Source: Eledone cirrhosa
Lineage: Eukaryota
Direction of reading: 5' to 3'
Length of the DNA stretch: 64,000 bases
Assembly: GCA_964016885.1 (NCBI GenBank)
Contig: OZ024751.1
Span: forward strand, 52,638,001 to 52,702,000
Part shown: one piece after another, positions 14,724 to 32,646 of the stretch
Layout of the letters: each line of letters begins with the position of its first letter
Numbering within the stretch: position 1 is the first letter of the stretch
Made by a program: the position numbers and the translations under genes
Notes under the pieces: generated by a model
Told to the model about the DNA's origin: nothing
The model's database searches: none
Seen by the model: only the letters and a program-made list of their open reading frames with translations

Positions 14724-17700
14724 TGGTGTTAGGAAGGGCATCCAACCAGTGTATTAATGCCAAAACGCTTTTCAGCACAGCAACAAATAGGAACAACAAC
14801 AAAATATGAAGACATCACAGCTCAGAGTTGCAACACTTAATGTTGGCACTCTCAGAGGTAGATCTGCTGAAATAGGGGAAATGCTGGAGAGAAGGCAGGT
14901 GGATGTGTGCTGCGTGCAAGAGGTGAGATGGAGAGGTGCCTCTGCGAGACTAGTCGTAGGCAAGCGTCTTAGCTATAAGACATTCTGGGTAGGTAAGGAT
15001 GATGGGCTAGGCGGAGTAGGCATTTTCCTGGCTGAGAAATGGATCAATAAGACAATAGAGGTAGTTTGAGTTAGTAATCGAATAATTAAGCTTAGATTAG
15101 TTGTAGGTAGGAGACTAGTGACAATCATCTCAGTCTATGCTCCCCAAGCAGGCCTAGGCAAAGATGAGAAAGACTGCTATTATGAGCAATTTTTGCAAAC
15201 AACTGCAATGACAGAGGACGGAGACATTGTTATGCTAGCAGGAGACTTCAATGGTCATGTTGGACAGCTCCACGATGGTTACACTGGGGTACATGGTGGG
15301 CACGGTTACGGTTCAAGAAATGAGGAAGGAGTGAGACTTCTTGAATTTTGTGATGCGGGTACATTGACTATTTGCAACACAAACTTCCAGAAACCTGCCA
15401 ATCTCCTAATAACCTACAATAACCCACAGCATAGTTTACTTGTTAGTGATATCTCAGTAAGCAAGAGATGGAATGAGACATATAGGAAGGTGTGGAGAAG
15501 AAAGGTCTGGAAGCTGAAAGACCTTTCACTAAAATACAAATTTAAGAAAGCCCTTCAAGATGTATATGACGAAAAAGAAGACGATTTAGAGACGTATGAC
15601 ATAGTTAATAACTGGAATTTCTTACGTGACAACTTGCTGCAGGCTACTGATGAAACCTGTGGCTGGAGCAGAGCTCCAATCAGACAGAGAGTGACCTGGT
15701 GGTGGAACAGCACAGTAGATAAGGCTATTAGAGACAAAAGACTAGCATGGAAGGCTTGGAAAAAGGGTGGGAGTAGGGAAGAATATACAGCCACTAAGAG
15801 AGAAGCTAGACGTCAGGTATACTTAGCACGCAGGGAGGCAGAGAGTAGGAGGTTTGCCAATGTTCTGCGATGGGAAGATCAGAGGCGTGCGGTGTTCCAC
15901 ATTGCAAGGCAGTGTGTCAATGCAAATCAGGATGTTGTTGGAGATAAATGTGTCCGGGATGATGCCGGTGTACTTAGTGTCACGAATGATCAGAAAAAGG
16001 AGGCCTGGAAATGTCATTATGAGAGACCGATGAATGTGGAGAACGAATGGGAGAGAGAGAAATTACCCTTGGTAGATCCGACAGAGGGACCAGCTATTGA
16101 GATTGACGAATATAGGGTCCAAGAGGCGATTAGGGAAATGAAAAATGGTAATGCGGCCAGACCATCGGGGAAATAGTTGCTGAGATGCTGAAGGCATCAG
16201 GGGACGTAGGCACTCAACTGGCTGCACACATCATCAATCAGGCTATATATGGTGGTGTCATACCCAAAGACTGGTGCAGCAGTATTCTCATAAATTGCTA
16301 CAAAGGTAAAGGGGATGCTTTGGTGAGGAGCAATTATAGGGGTATAAAACTGATAGATCAGGTTATGAAAGTAGCAGAAAGGATTTTAGCACAACTAATT
16401 AGAGAAAGGATCAAACTAGATGAGATGCAGTTTGGTTTTGTGCCTGTGAAGAGTACAACAGATGCCCTCTTCTTGGTGAGACAAATGCAAGAGAGGTTCT
16501 TAGAGAAGAATAACCCACTATACTTAGCGTTTGTTGACCTAGAGAAGGCCTTTGATAGGGTACCCCGATCTGTCATCTGGTGGTCCCTAAGGAAGCTAGG
16601 TTTTGAGGAATGACTTGTGAGGACAGTGCAAACTTTGTACAGAGGTACTCTCAGTAAAGTTAGGGTAGGAATGGAGTTTAGTGAGGAATTCCAGATACAA
16701 GTAGGAGTACATCAGGGCTCGGTCCTCAGCCCGCTCTTGTTCATTATAGTCCTCCAAGCCATAACAGAGGAGTTTAAGACTGGCTGTCCATGGGAACTTC
16801 TCTATGCTGACGATCTGGTTCTTATAGCAGAATCAGTAGAGGAACTAGAGAATAAATTCTGGCTATGGAATCAGCAGTTTGAAGCAAGAGGACTAAGAGT
16901 GAATCTTGCTCAGACAAAAGTGTTGATGAGTAGAAAAGAGGACAAAACCCTGATACCGTCAGGGAAATGGCCATGTTCGATATGCAGAAAAGGAACTGGC
17001 ATAAATTCTATAAAATGCACACAATGCAGATCCTGGGTACACAAGAGATGTAGCGGGATAGCAGGCAAACTAACAGGTAGGGAGAAATATGTATGCAGTA
17101 GATGTACAGGGAAATTAGACAGTAGTAGTCGCACTGATAGACACGTTTTTCAAATGCAAGAGGGCGCTATAGAAGTGCTGGATAGCTTCCGGTACCGAGG
17201 AGATCAGATTAGCATGGGAGGAGGGTGTTCCGAGGCCATAGTATCTAGAATAAGGACGGGTTGGAAGAAGTTTAGGGAGCTGCTTCCTCTGTTGACGAAG
17301 AAGGGTTTCTCCCTGCGTACGAAAGGCCGGTTGTATGATGCCTGTGTGAGGAGCGCGATGCTGCATGGTAGTGAGACATGGGCAGCAACCGCAGAGGATA
17401 TACGACGGCTGGAGAGAAATGAGGCAAGCATGCTCCGTTGGATGTGCAGTGTAAATGTGCGTGAACGACCCAGCATAAATGTGTTGAGAGAGAAACTGTG
17501 TCTGAGAGGGATAGAATGTAGTGTACGGGAGAGGAGACTGAGGTGGTATGGACATGTGATGCGCATGGAGGATGACCGATGGGTGAAGAAGTGCCAGGAA
17601 ATGCCAGTTGAAGGAAGACGTGGTAGAGGTAGACCACGAAAAACATGGGCGGAGGTGGTGAGAACAGACCTCAGATCATTGAAGCTCACGGTGGAGATGA

Positions 17701-17803
17701 CGAGGGACCGTGACGATTGGAGAGATGCTGTGCTGAATAAGACCCGTCCCACCTTTGCAAGCAGGGAAAAGCGGACGTAAAATGACGATGATGATGATGA
17801 TGA
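14724..17803 (+). pseudogene. RTE family A, near full-length degenerate copy
   Basis: Colinear with intact 60191-63250; stops at ~15067 and ~16611, ~87-nt deletion near 15420, frameshift near 16170; (GAT)n tail. Confidence 0.95.
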
Positions 17804-17927
17804 TATGTATATATGTATATGTATATATATGTATATATATATGTATATATATATATGTATATATATATTTATATATATATATGTATATATATGTATATAT
17901 ATATGTATATATATATGTATATATATG

Positions 17928-17960
<33 letters not shown>

Positions 17961-17965
17961 GTATG

Positions 17966-18002
<37 letters not shown>

Positions 18003-18073
18003 GTATATATATATATGTATATATATGTATATATATATGTATATATATGTATATATATATGTATATATATATG

Positions 18074-18126
<53 letters not shown>

Positions 18127-18187
18127 GTATATATATATGTATACATATATGTATATATATATATGTGTATATATATATGTATATATG

Positions 18188-18220
<33 letters not shown>

Positions 18221-18456
18221 GTATATATAATATATATGTATATGTATATATGTATATATATATGTATATATATATGTATATATGTATATATATATGTATA
18301 TATATATGTATATATATATATGTATATATATATGTATATGTATATGTATATGTATATATATATGTATATATATGTATATATATATGTATATATATATATA
18401 TATGTATATATATATCTATATGTATATGTATATGTATATATATATGTATATATATG

Positions 18457-18562
<106 letters not shown>

Positions 18563-18565
18563 TAG

Positions 18566-18618
<53 letters not shown>

Positions 18619-18651
18619 GTGTATGTATATATATATGTATATATATATGTG

Positions 18652-18708
<57 letters not shown>

Positions 18709-19079
18709 GTATATATATGTATATATATATATGTATATATATATGTATATATATATATATATGTATATATATATGTGTATATATATATATATATGTATAT
18801 ATATATGTACATATATATGTGTATATATATATATATATGTATATGTATATGTATATATATATATATATGTATATATATATGTATATGTATATGTATATAT
18901 ATATGTATATATATATGTATATATATATATATAATGTATATATATATGTATATATATATGTATATATATATATATGTATATATATATATGTATATATATA
19001 TGTATATATATATATATGGTATATATATATATGTATATATATATGTATATATGTATATAAGTATATGTATATATATATG

Positions 19080-19192
<113 letters not shown>

Positions 19193-19245
19193 GTATATGT
19201 ATATGTATATGTATATATATATGTATATATATATGTATATATATA

Positions 19246-19299
<54 letters not shown>

Positions 19300-19303
19300 T
19301 GTG

Positions 19304-19376
<73 letters not shown>

Positions 19377-19434
19377 GTATATATATGTATATATATATGT
19401 ATATATATATGTATATATATATATGTATATATAT

Positions 19435-19472
<38 letters not shown>

Positions 19473-19491
19473 GTGTATATATATATATGTG

Positions 19492-19546
<55 letters not shown>

Positions 19547-19550
19547 GTAT

Positions 19551-19582
<32 letters not shown>

Positions 19583-19589
19583 GTATATA

Positions 19590-19632
<43 letters not shown>

Positions 19633-19633
19633 G

Positions 19634-19664
<31 letters not shown>

Positions 19665-20239
19665 GTATATATATATGTATATATATATATATGTATATAT
19701 ATATATGTATATATATATGTATATATGTATATGTATATATGTATATGTATATATGTATATGTATATATATATATATGTATATATGTATATATGTATATGT
19801 ATATATATATATATGTATCTATGTATATGTATATATGTATATGTATATATATATATGTATATATGTATATGTATATATATATATGTATATATGTATATAT
19901 GTATATGTATATGTATATACATATACATATATATATATATGTATATATATATATGTATATATATATGTATATTATATGTATATATATGTATATATATATA
20001 TATGTATATATATATGTATATGTATATATATATGTATATGTATATATATATGTATATGTATATATATGTATATATGTATATGTATATATATATGTATATG
20101 TATATATATATGTATATATATATGTATATGTATATATATATGTATATATATATGTATATGTATATATATATGCTATGTATATATATATATGTATATATAT
20201 ATGTATATGTATATGTATATGTATATATATATGTATATG

Positions 20240-20288
<49 letters not shown>

Positions 20289-20353
20289 GTATATATATAT
20301 GTATATATATGTATACATATATATATGTATATATATATATATATATATGTATG

Positions 20354-20398
<45 letters not shown>

Positions 20399-20541
20399 GT
20401 ATGTATATATATATATGTGTATATATATGTATATATATATATATGTGTATATATATGTATGTATATTATATATATATATATGTGTATATGTATGTATATA
20501 TATATGTATATATGTATATATATATGTATATTATATATATG

Positions 20542-20572
<31 letters not shown>

Positions 20573-20847
20573 GTATATATATGTATATATATATATATAT
20601 GTATATATATGTATATATATGTATATATATATATATATGTATATATCTAGATATGTATATGTATATATATATATATGTATATATATGTATATATATATAT
20701 ATATATATGTATATGTATATATATATGTATATATATATGTATATGTATATATATGTATATGTATATATATGTATATGTATATATATGTATATGTATATAT
20801 ATATGTATATATATATATATGTATATATATATGTATATATAAATATG

Positions 20848-20906
<59 letters not shown>

Positions 20907-20939
20907 GTATATATATATATATGTATATATGTATATATG

Positions 20940-20972
<33 letters not shown>

Positions 20973-20987
20973 GTATATATGTATATG

Positions 20988-21034
<47 letters not shown>

Positions 21035-21053
21035 GTATATGTATATATATATG

Positions 21054-21088
<35 letters not shown>

Positions 21089-21163
21089 GTATATGTATAT
21101 ATATATATGTATATATATATATGTGTATATATATATATATATGTATATGTATATATATATATG

Positions 21164-21226
<63 letters not shown>

Positions 21227-21245
21227 GTGTATATATATATATCTG

Positions 21246-21278
<33 letters not shown>

Positions 21279-21283
21279 GTATC

Positions 21284-21325
<42 letters not shown>

Positions 21326-21334
21326 TATACATAT

Positions 21335-22620
21335 ACTTACCCTTTGTTGACCTAGAGAAGGCCTTTGATAGGGTACCTCGATCTGTCATCTGGTGGTCCC
21401 TAAGGAAGCTGGGTGTTGAGGAATGGCTTGTAAGGACAGTGCAAACTTTGTACAGAGGTACTCTCAGTAAAGTCAGGGTAGGAATGGAGTTTAGTGAGGA
21501 ATTCCAGATACAAGTAGGAGTACATCAGGGTTCGGTCCTCAGCCCGCTCTTGTTCATTATAGTCCTCCAAGCCATAACAGAGGAGTTTAAGACTGGCTGT
21601 CCATGGGAACTTCTCTATGCTGACGATCTGGCTCTTATGGCAGAATCAGTAGAGGAGCTAGAGAATAAATTCCGGCTATGGAAACAGCAGTTGGAAGCAA
21701 GAGGACTGAGAGTAAATCTAGCTAAGACAAAAGTGTTGATGAGTAGAAAAGAGGACAAAACCCTGATTCCGTCAGGGAAATGGCCATGTTCGATATGCAG
21801 AAAAGGAACTGGCATAAATTCTATAAAATGCACACAATGTAGGTCCTGGGTACACAAGAGATGTAGCGGGATAGCAGGCAAACTAACAGGTAGGGAGAAA
21901 TATGTATGCAGTAGATGTACAGGGAAATTAGACAGTAGAAGTCGCACTGATAGACACATTTTTCAAATGCGAGAGGGCGCTATAGAAGTGGTGGATAGCT
22001 TCCGGTACCTAGGAGATCAGATTAGCATGGGAGGAGGGTGTTCCGAGGCCATAGTATCTAGAATAAGGACGGGTTGGAAGAAGTTTAGGGAGCTGCTTCC
22101 TCTGTTGACGAAGAAGGGTTTCTCCCTGCGTACGAAAGGCCGGTTGTATGATGCCTGTGTGAGGAGCGCGATGCTGCATGGTAGTGAGACATGGGCAGCT
22201 ACCGCAGAAGATATGCGACGGCTGGTGAGAAATGAGGCAAGCATGCTCCGTTGGATGTGCAGTGTAAATGTGCGTGAACGACCCAGCATAAATGTGTTGA
22301 GAGAGAAACTGTGTCTGAGAGGGATAGAATGTAGTGTACAGGAGAGGAGACTGAGGTGGTATGGACATGTGATGCGCATGGAGGATGACCGATGGGTGAA
22401 GAAGTGCCAGGAAATGCCAGTTGAAGGAAGACGTGGTAGAGGTAGACCACGAAAAACATGGGCGGAGGTGGTGAGAACAGACCTCAGATCATTGAAGCTC
22501 ACGGTGGAGATGACGAGGGACCGTGACGAGTGGAGAGATGCTGTGCTGAATAAGACCCGTCCCACCCTTGCAAGCAGGGAAAAGCGGACGTAAAATGATG
22601 ATGATGATGATGATGATGAT
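21335..22620 (+). mobile_element. RTE family A, 5'-truncated 3' fragment (~1.3 kb) with (GAT)n tail
   Basis: Starts at FVDLEKAFD and runs to LASREKRT*. Confidence 0.95.
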
Positions 22621-22807
22621 GTATATGTATATGTATATATATATATATGTGTATATATATATATGTATATATATGTATTTATATATATGTATATATATAT
22701 ATATGTATACGTATATGTATATATATATATGTGTATATATATATATGTATATGTATATATATGTATATGTATATGTATATGTATATATATATATATGTAT
22801 ATATATG

Positions 22808-22880
<73 letters not shown>

Positions 22881-22924
22881 GTATATGTATATATATATGT
22901 ATATATATATATATATGTATATGT

Positions 22925-22958
<34 letters not shown>

Positions 22959-22965
22959 ATGTATG

Positions 22966-22997
<32 letters not shown>

Positions 22998-23003
22998 TAT
23001 ATG

Positions 23004-23055
<52 letters not shown>

Positions 23056-23357
23056 TGTTTCTGTATATATGTATGTATATATGTATATATGTATATATAT
23101 ATGTATATATGTATATATATATGTATATATATATATATGTTTATATATATATGTATATGTATATGTATATATATATATGTATATATATGTATATATATAT
23201 ATATGTATATGTATATATATGTATATATATATATGTATATGTATATATATGTATATATATATATGTATATGTATATATATGTATATATATATATGTATAT
23301 GTATATATATGTATATGTATATATATGTATATATATATATGTATATGTATATATATG

Positions 23358-23450
<93 letters not shown>

Positions 23451-23549
23451 GTATATATATATATATATATGTTTATATATATATATTTGTATATATATGT
23501 ATATATATATATATTTGTATATATATGTCTATATATGTATATATATATA

Positions 23550-25454
<1,905 letters not shown>

Positions 25455-25495
25455 GTGTATATATATATATATGTGTGTGTATATATATATATATA

Positions 25496-25528
<33 letters not shown>

Positions 25529-25569
25529 GTGTATATATATATATATATATATGTGTATATATATATATA

Positions 25570-25622
<53 letters not shown>

Positions 25623-25681
25623 ATATATATATATATATGTGTATATATATGTGTATATATATATATATGTGTATATGTATA

Positions 25682-25722
<41 letters not shown>

Positions 25723-25727
25723 ATATA

Positions 25728-25774
<47 letters not shown>

Positions 25775-25787
25775 ATATATATATATA

Positions 25788-25834
<47 letters not shown>

Positions 25835-25837
25835 ATA

Positions 25838-25891
<54 letters not shown>

Positions 25892-25895
25892 TGTG

Positions 25896-26124
<229 letters not shown>

Positions 26125-26141
26125 GTGTATATATATATATA

Positions 26142-26234
<93 letters not shown>

Positions 26235-26347
26235 GTTAGAATATGTGTAATAAGGCCAAGACAATGCAGATATGGACATAGAAAAAAGAATGCAATAGTG
26301 AAAGATATTGATGAGAATTCGTCTTTCACCTTGAATTTATTTAAATG

Positions 26348-26385
26348 TCCTTAATTTTCGAGATAATATCTCTTCTTCGGAGGGA
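26348..26385 (-). ncRNA. Minimal hammerhead-like motif (CCGAAGA core) in a solo ~210-bp island (26230-26442)
   Basis: Minus strand: cct CCGAAGA a gagat att atctc GAAA at TA^ agg, then AATAAA; island shares caatgcagatat with the PLE terminus at 44207. Confidence 0.6.
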
Positions 26386-26473
26386 AGTAAAAGTCTCAGA
26401 CCAGCGTCTAAATTTCCAAAGAAGCCATGCTGACCGGAAAATGTATATATATATATGTGTGTATATATATATA

Positions 26474-26514
<41 letters not shown>

Positions 26515-26549
26515 ATATATATGTATATATATATATATATATATGTATC

Positions 26550-26607
<58 letters not shown>

Positions 26608-26663
26608 TGTGTGTATATATATATGTGTATGTATATATATATGTGTATATATATATATATATA

Positions 26664-26704
<41 letters not shown>

Positions 26705-26707
26705 TAT

Positions 26708-26738
<31 letters not shown>

Positions 26739-26771
26739 GTGTATATATATATATATATATGTGTGTATATA

Positions 26772-26802
<31 letters not shown>

Positions 26803-26817
26803 GTACGTGTATATATA

Positions 26818-27102
<285 letters not shown>

Positions 27103-27131
27103 ATATATATATATATATTTGTGTATATATA

Positions 27132-27164
<33 letters not shown>

Positions 27165-27267
27165 GTGTGTATATATATATATGTGTGTATATATATATAT
27201 ATGTGTGTGTATATATATATATATGTGTATATATATATATATGTGTATATATATATACATATATATA

Positions 27268-27312
<45 letters not shown>

Positions 27313-27485
27313 ATATATATATATATGTGTATATATAAGTATATATATATATATATATATGTGTATATATAAGTATATATATATATATATATATATGTGT
27401 ATATATATATATATGTGTGTATATATATGTATATATATATGTGTGTATATATATGTATATATATATATATATATATGTGTATATA

Positions 27486-27526
<41 letters not shown>

Positions 27527-27537
27527 ATATATATATG

Positions 27538-27572
<35 letters not shown>

Positions 27573-27597
27573 GTGTATATATATGTATATATATATA

Positions 27598-27648
<51 letters not shown>

Positions 27649-27763
27649 TAATAAGAGGAATTCCAACTTTGTCTGATTTACTCGTTTTATTTACAATCCT
27701 TTAAAATTTATAATGGTATTATAATGAAATAGTATGATAGAATATTAAATTCTAAGTGTTAAT

Positions 27764-27802
27764 TGAACAAGTACTTTCATGCTTTCGCAATCTTCAGGTT
27801 CA
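27764..27802 (-). ncRNA. Minimal type I hammerhead ribozyme
   Basis: tgaac CTGAAGA ttgc gaaa gcat GAAA gtac TT^ gttca. Confidence 0.85.
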
Positions 27803-27904
27803 TAATATGTGGTGACAGTCAAGTTTGCAATTTTCAACTGTGAAAATTGCAAATTTGAAAATTTGACAGTTGAAAATTGCAAACTTGACTGTCACCACAT
27901 TTTA

Positions 27905-27943
27905 TGAACCTGAAGATTGCGAAAGCATGAAAGGACTTGTTCA
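27905..27943 (+). ncRNA. Minimal type I hammerhead ribozyme (stem III palindrome mutated gtac>ggac)
   Basis: tgaac CTGAAGA ttgc gaaa gcat GAAA ggac TT^ gttca. Confidence 0.8.
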
Positions 27944-28274
27944 ATTTATACTTAGAATTTAATATTCTATCATACTATTTCATTATAATACCATTATAAA
28001 TTTTAAAGGATTGTAAATAAAACGAGTAAATCAGACAAAGTTGGAATTCCTGTTATTACTCAAGCCGTTTCGACGGCTAATCCTGGACTATATATATATA
28101 TATATGTATATATGTATATATATATGTATGTATATATGTATATATATATGTATGTATATATGTATATATATATGTATGTATATATGTATATATGTATGTA
28201 TGTATATATGTATATATGTATGTTTATATGTATATATATATGTATATATATATATATATATATATGTATTGTAT

Positions 28275-28836
28275 ATCATCGTCATCATAATCATCATCAT
28301 CATTTAACGTCCGTGTTCCATGTGGTGGGACGGGGGTGTATTGTGTTAGAGATGCCTACTGACTGTAGTAGGTTTTACTTTATATTTAGGTAACGCGGGT
28401 CTTCTCTGTTACTGAGTACCGCCAAAGGTCTCGGTCCAGTGACATCGTCTTGGAGAGGTGTAAGTGTGTGAGGTCGGAATTTATCAGCTCGTCCCAGGTT
28501 TTTCTGGGTCTGCCTACTCCGTGGCTACCATCTATCTTTATTGCCCTGCACTTTGTTATACAGTTGTCGTCTTTCATGCGCATCACGTGACCATACCAAC
28601 GTAGCCTTCTCTCGAGTAAACAACATCTGATCCCTCTTATTTCTAATTTTTTCCTTAGTTCGTTTATGCTTTGTATATTACTATTACACATCCAGCGGAG
28701 CATGCAAGCTTCATTCCTCTCTAGTCTGCGTATATCCTCTGCACACAATGCCCAGGTCTCACTGCCATGCAACATTGCTGTTCGTATGCAGGCATCATAC
28801 AACCTGCCTTTCACTTTTAGGGAGAACCCTTTAGCG
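28275..28836 (-). mobile_element. RTE family B 3' fragment with most of the 3' UTR deleted
   Basis: [23 protein letters not shown]; relative to 12407-12780 it lacks ~290 bp at ~28321. Confidence 0.92.
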
Positions 28837-28914
<78 letters not shown>

Positions 28915-28957
28915 GTATATATATATGTATATATATGTATATATATGTATATAAATG

Positions 28958-28988
<31 letters not shown>

Positions 28989-29004
28989 ATACTTCGGGAG
29001 GGTC

Positions 29005-29052
<48 letters not shown>

Positions 29053-29065
29053 GCATATATATATA

Positions 29066-32000
29066 GAGTCTGAAGAATCTGGAAACCCGAAGACAATGCA
29101 AAAGATAACGACAAATTCACCTCATGCTGCCGGATGAAAGGGAAAGCCCCCCCCCTCTTTGTTGCGGCCGCGGATGGCCAACATAACCCCAACCCCAACC
29201 ACCTCACTCCTCCCTGCACCCCACCCACCAAACGTAATCCAAAACTTCACAGTTGGTACCATGAATGTAGGGCCCTTAAAAGGCCGCTCTAACGAGGTTG
29301 TAGAAATGCTTGAACGTAAGGAGGTTGATGTCTGTTGTATCCAAGACACTAGGTTGAGGGGCGGGTCTGCTAGATTCACTGTGGGCAAAAAACGATGCTA
29401 TAAGCTTTTCTTGGTGGGAAATGACAATGGGCTGGGTGGGGTAGGCATCATGTTAGCAGAAAAATGGGTGGATAAGATAATAGATGTAAATAGAGTAAAC
29501 GACAGAATAATTAAAATAAGACTTGTTCTAAATAGAACTACTGTGACGATAATATCTGCGTACACGCCCCAATCCGGACTGCCTGGCGCTATAAAAGACG
29601 GTTTCTATGAGACACTAATGCTGACTACCTCCCAAATAACCGACAGTGACTATATAATTATTGCTGGTGACCTAAATGGTCACGTTAGACAACATTGTGA
29701 CGGCTATGATGGAATCCACGGAGGCTATGGGTTTGGTACTAGAAATTAGAAAGGCTCCAGAATCCTGGAATTCTGTGACGCAAATAACCTAACAATCTGT
29801 AACACTAACTTCAAAAAACGAGACAATTACTTGATCACCTACAGATCAGGGGAACATACCAGCCAGGTAGATTATATCCTTGCCAGAAAACGTGACAGAG
29901 TGTCTGTTGTAAACACTAAATCCCTCCCCCATGAAGAATGCACCTCCCAACATAGACTGATAATTAGCGACCTCATTATCAGGACGAGATGTACTCGACA
30001 GCAGAAGAGAACTATCCTCAGGAGAAAAATATGGAAGCTAAAGGACCCCACAGCCAGAAATAAATTTCAAAGCATATTACTTGATCTTTTCGACAGTAAG
30101 GAAGAGCATTTAGAGTCGTACAATATAGAGGAACAGTGGGAATTCCTGAAAGCAAACCTGCTGATGGCGGCAGACGAAGGGAGCAGGCCTATAGGCAGGA
30201 GGAGAGTAACATGGTGGTGGAACAGTAAGGTGGAGGAGTCAATTAAGGCCAAAAATCAGGCTTGGAAAGTATGGCGGGATGGGCGAAGTAGAGAAGACTA
30301 TTAAGTGGCCAGGAGGGAAGCTAGGAGACAAGTGTACTTCGTAAGAAGGGAAGCAGAGGAAAGAAAGTTCAAGCATGTTCTACAACGCGAGGACCAAAAA
30401 CGTGAGGTGTTCAGGATTGCTAGGCAATGTGTCAAGGAAAACCGTGATATTGTCGGGGAGAAGTGTGTACTTAATGATGATGGCGTACTTGCCATCACTG
30501 ACGCTGGTAAGAAGGTAGCTTGGAAGTGTCACTACGAAAGGCTACTAAATGAGGCGAATAAATGGGAGAAGGACAGTCTCCCCCACATCGACCCAATAGA
30601 GAGGCCAGCAGTGTTAGTTGAAGGTAGTATAATAAGTAAGGCAATCAAAGATATGAAGACGGGTAAGGCGGCTGGGCCTTCGGAAATAGTTGCTGAGATG
30701 CTGAAAGCCTCTGGAATGGTGGGACACACCATGGTCACCCGGATAGTAAACCAAGTCATACAGAATGGGGTTGTTCCAAAGGACTGGCGTCATCATTAAC
30801 TGTTACAAGGGTAAAGGAGATTCCCTAGATAGGAGTAACTATAGAGGCATTAAATTAATCGACCAGGTCATGAAGGTCACGGAAAAAGTAATAGTGCAAC
30901 TAATCAGAGAGCGAATTGATCTAGATGAAATGCAGTTCGGGTTTGTGTCAGGCAAAAGTACCACGGACGCTCTTTTCATTGTACGACAACTACAGGAGAA
31001 GTACCTAGCTAAAAGTAAACCCCTATACTTAGCTTTTGTCGACTTGGAGAAAGCCTTCGACAGAGTCCCCCGTTCCATTATCTGGTGGGCACTTAGAAAA
31101 CTAGGTGTTGACGAATGGCTTGTGAGAGCTATACAAGCCATGTATAAAGAAACAGTGAGCAAGGTTAGAATTAACAACGAATATAGTGAAGAGTTTAGCG
31201 TAAAAGTTGGTGTTCATCAGGGCTCTGTTCTTAGCCCCCTACTATTTATTATTGCCCTTCAGGCTATAACAGTGGAGTTCAAGAGCGGCTGCCCATGGGA
31301 ACTCCTATACACAGATGATCTAACGCTCATAGCTGAATCAATGGCCGAGCTAGAGAAGAAATTCCAAACATGGAAGCACGGCCTAGAATCAAAAGGCCTT
31401 AAAATTAACCTGGCTAAGACTAAAGTTCTAGTTTGTAGGAAAGAAAATAAGGTGCCGGTCCCTTCCGGGAAATGGCCATGCTCAGTGTGTAGGAAAGGCG
31501 TAGGTAGAAACTCCATTTTATGTCCCAAATGCAAAGTATGGGTGCATAAAAGATGTAGTGGGATCACAGGTAAGCTAACTAAGAACAGATTTTACATGTG
31601 GCCGATGCTCTGGTGCAATAAGTAGCAGCAAGTGCTCACAAAATACTAGCTCTTTCAATTGCGCAGAGGGTTCTATAGAAATAGTGGACAGCTTCCGTTA
31701 CCTGGGTGACAAAATCAGCAGTGGGGGAGGGTGCTCTGAAAGTACAGTAGCTAGAGTCAGAACTGGATGGAAAAAGTTCAGAGAGCTTATACTACTATTA
31801 GCCGCTAAAGGGTTCTCCCTAAAAATGAAAGGCAGGCTGTATGATGCCTGCATACGAACAGCAATGTTGCATGGCAGTGAGACTTGGGCATTGTGTGCAG
31901 AGGATATACGCAGACTAGAGAGGAACGAAGATTGCATGCTCCGCTGGATGTGTAATAGTAATATACGTGAACGGCAAAGCATAAACGAACTAAGGGAAAA

Positions 32001-32135
32001 ATTAGAAATAAGAGGGATCAGATGTTAGGAAGGGCATCCAGCCGTAGAAAACCCTATGTGCCTCAAGTGGGAAAACGCCCGTCCAAACCCATGCAAGCGT
32101 GGAATATGGACGTTAAACGATGATGATGATGATGA
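29066..32135 (+). pseudogene. RTE family B, near full-length degenerate copy with 3' internal deletion
   Basis: VGTMNVG, CIQD, GDLNGH, VDYIL, SQHRL (APE), then RT motifs (YTDD); stops and frameshifts; ORF jumps into the 3' UTR at ~32025; (GAT)n tail. Confidence 0.94.
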
Positions 32136-32234
32136 TATATATATATTTGGATATATATATATATATATATATATATTTGGATATATATATATATATATAT
32201 ATATATATGGATATATATATATATATATATATAT

Positions 32235-32311
<77 letters not shown>

Positions 32312-32439
32312 AAGTTATATTTAAAATTGTTGGGTTACAACTAGTAAATATTTATAACTGATATAAAAGCACTCGACAAATACTTGGAGTATATTTACAA
32401 TATTAAATAAATGGAAAACTATATTTATAAAACCATATT

Positions 32440-32505
32440 TATTTCATTATATATATTTCGGGGATATCATATTAACAATATGCTATGCCTTCATCAGACA
32501 AAATA
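32440..32505 (-). ncRNA. Type I hammerhead ribozyme
   Basis: tattttgt CTGATGA ag..catatt gtt aatatg..cc GAAA tatata TA^ atgaaata. Confidence 0.75.
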
Positions 32506-32646
32506 CAATATAAACAGTTTTATAGATAAATATATTCGACATACCGTAATAAACATCAACTTCATTTGAAGAGTGAACTTCTTCAAATGAAGTTGATGTT
32601 TATTACGGTATGTCGAATATATTTATCTATAAAACTGTTTATATTG

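Larger units (their letters stand above)
27647..28058. mobile_element. Fold-back mini-element: two ~195-bp inverted PLE-type termini with ~24-bp spacer
   Basis: 27647-27841 is the reverse complement of 27866-28058; each arm carries an HHR. Confidence 0.88.

Noticed and set aside
29068-29095. ctgaaga..gaaa at the start of the RTE-B copy
   Set aside because: No stem II or stem I pairing consistent with a hammerhead
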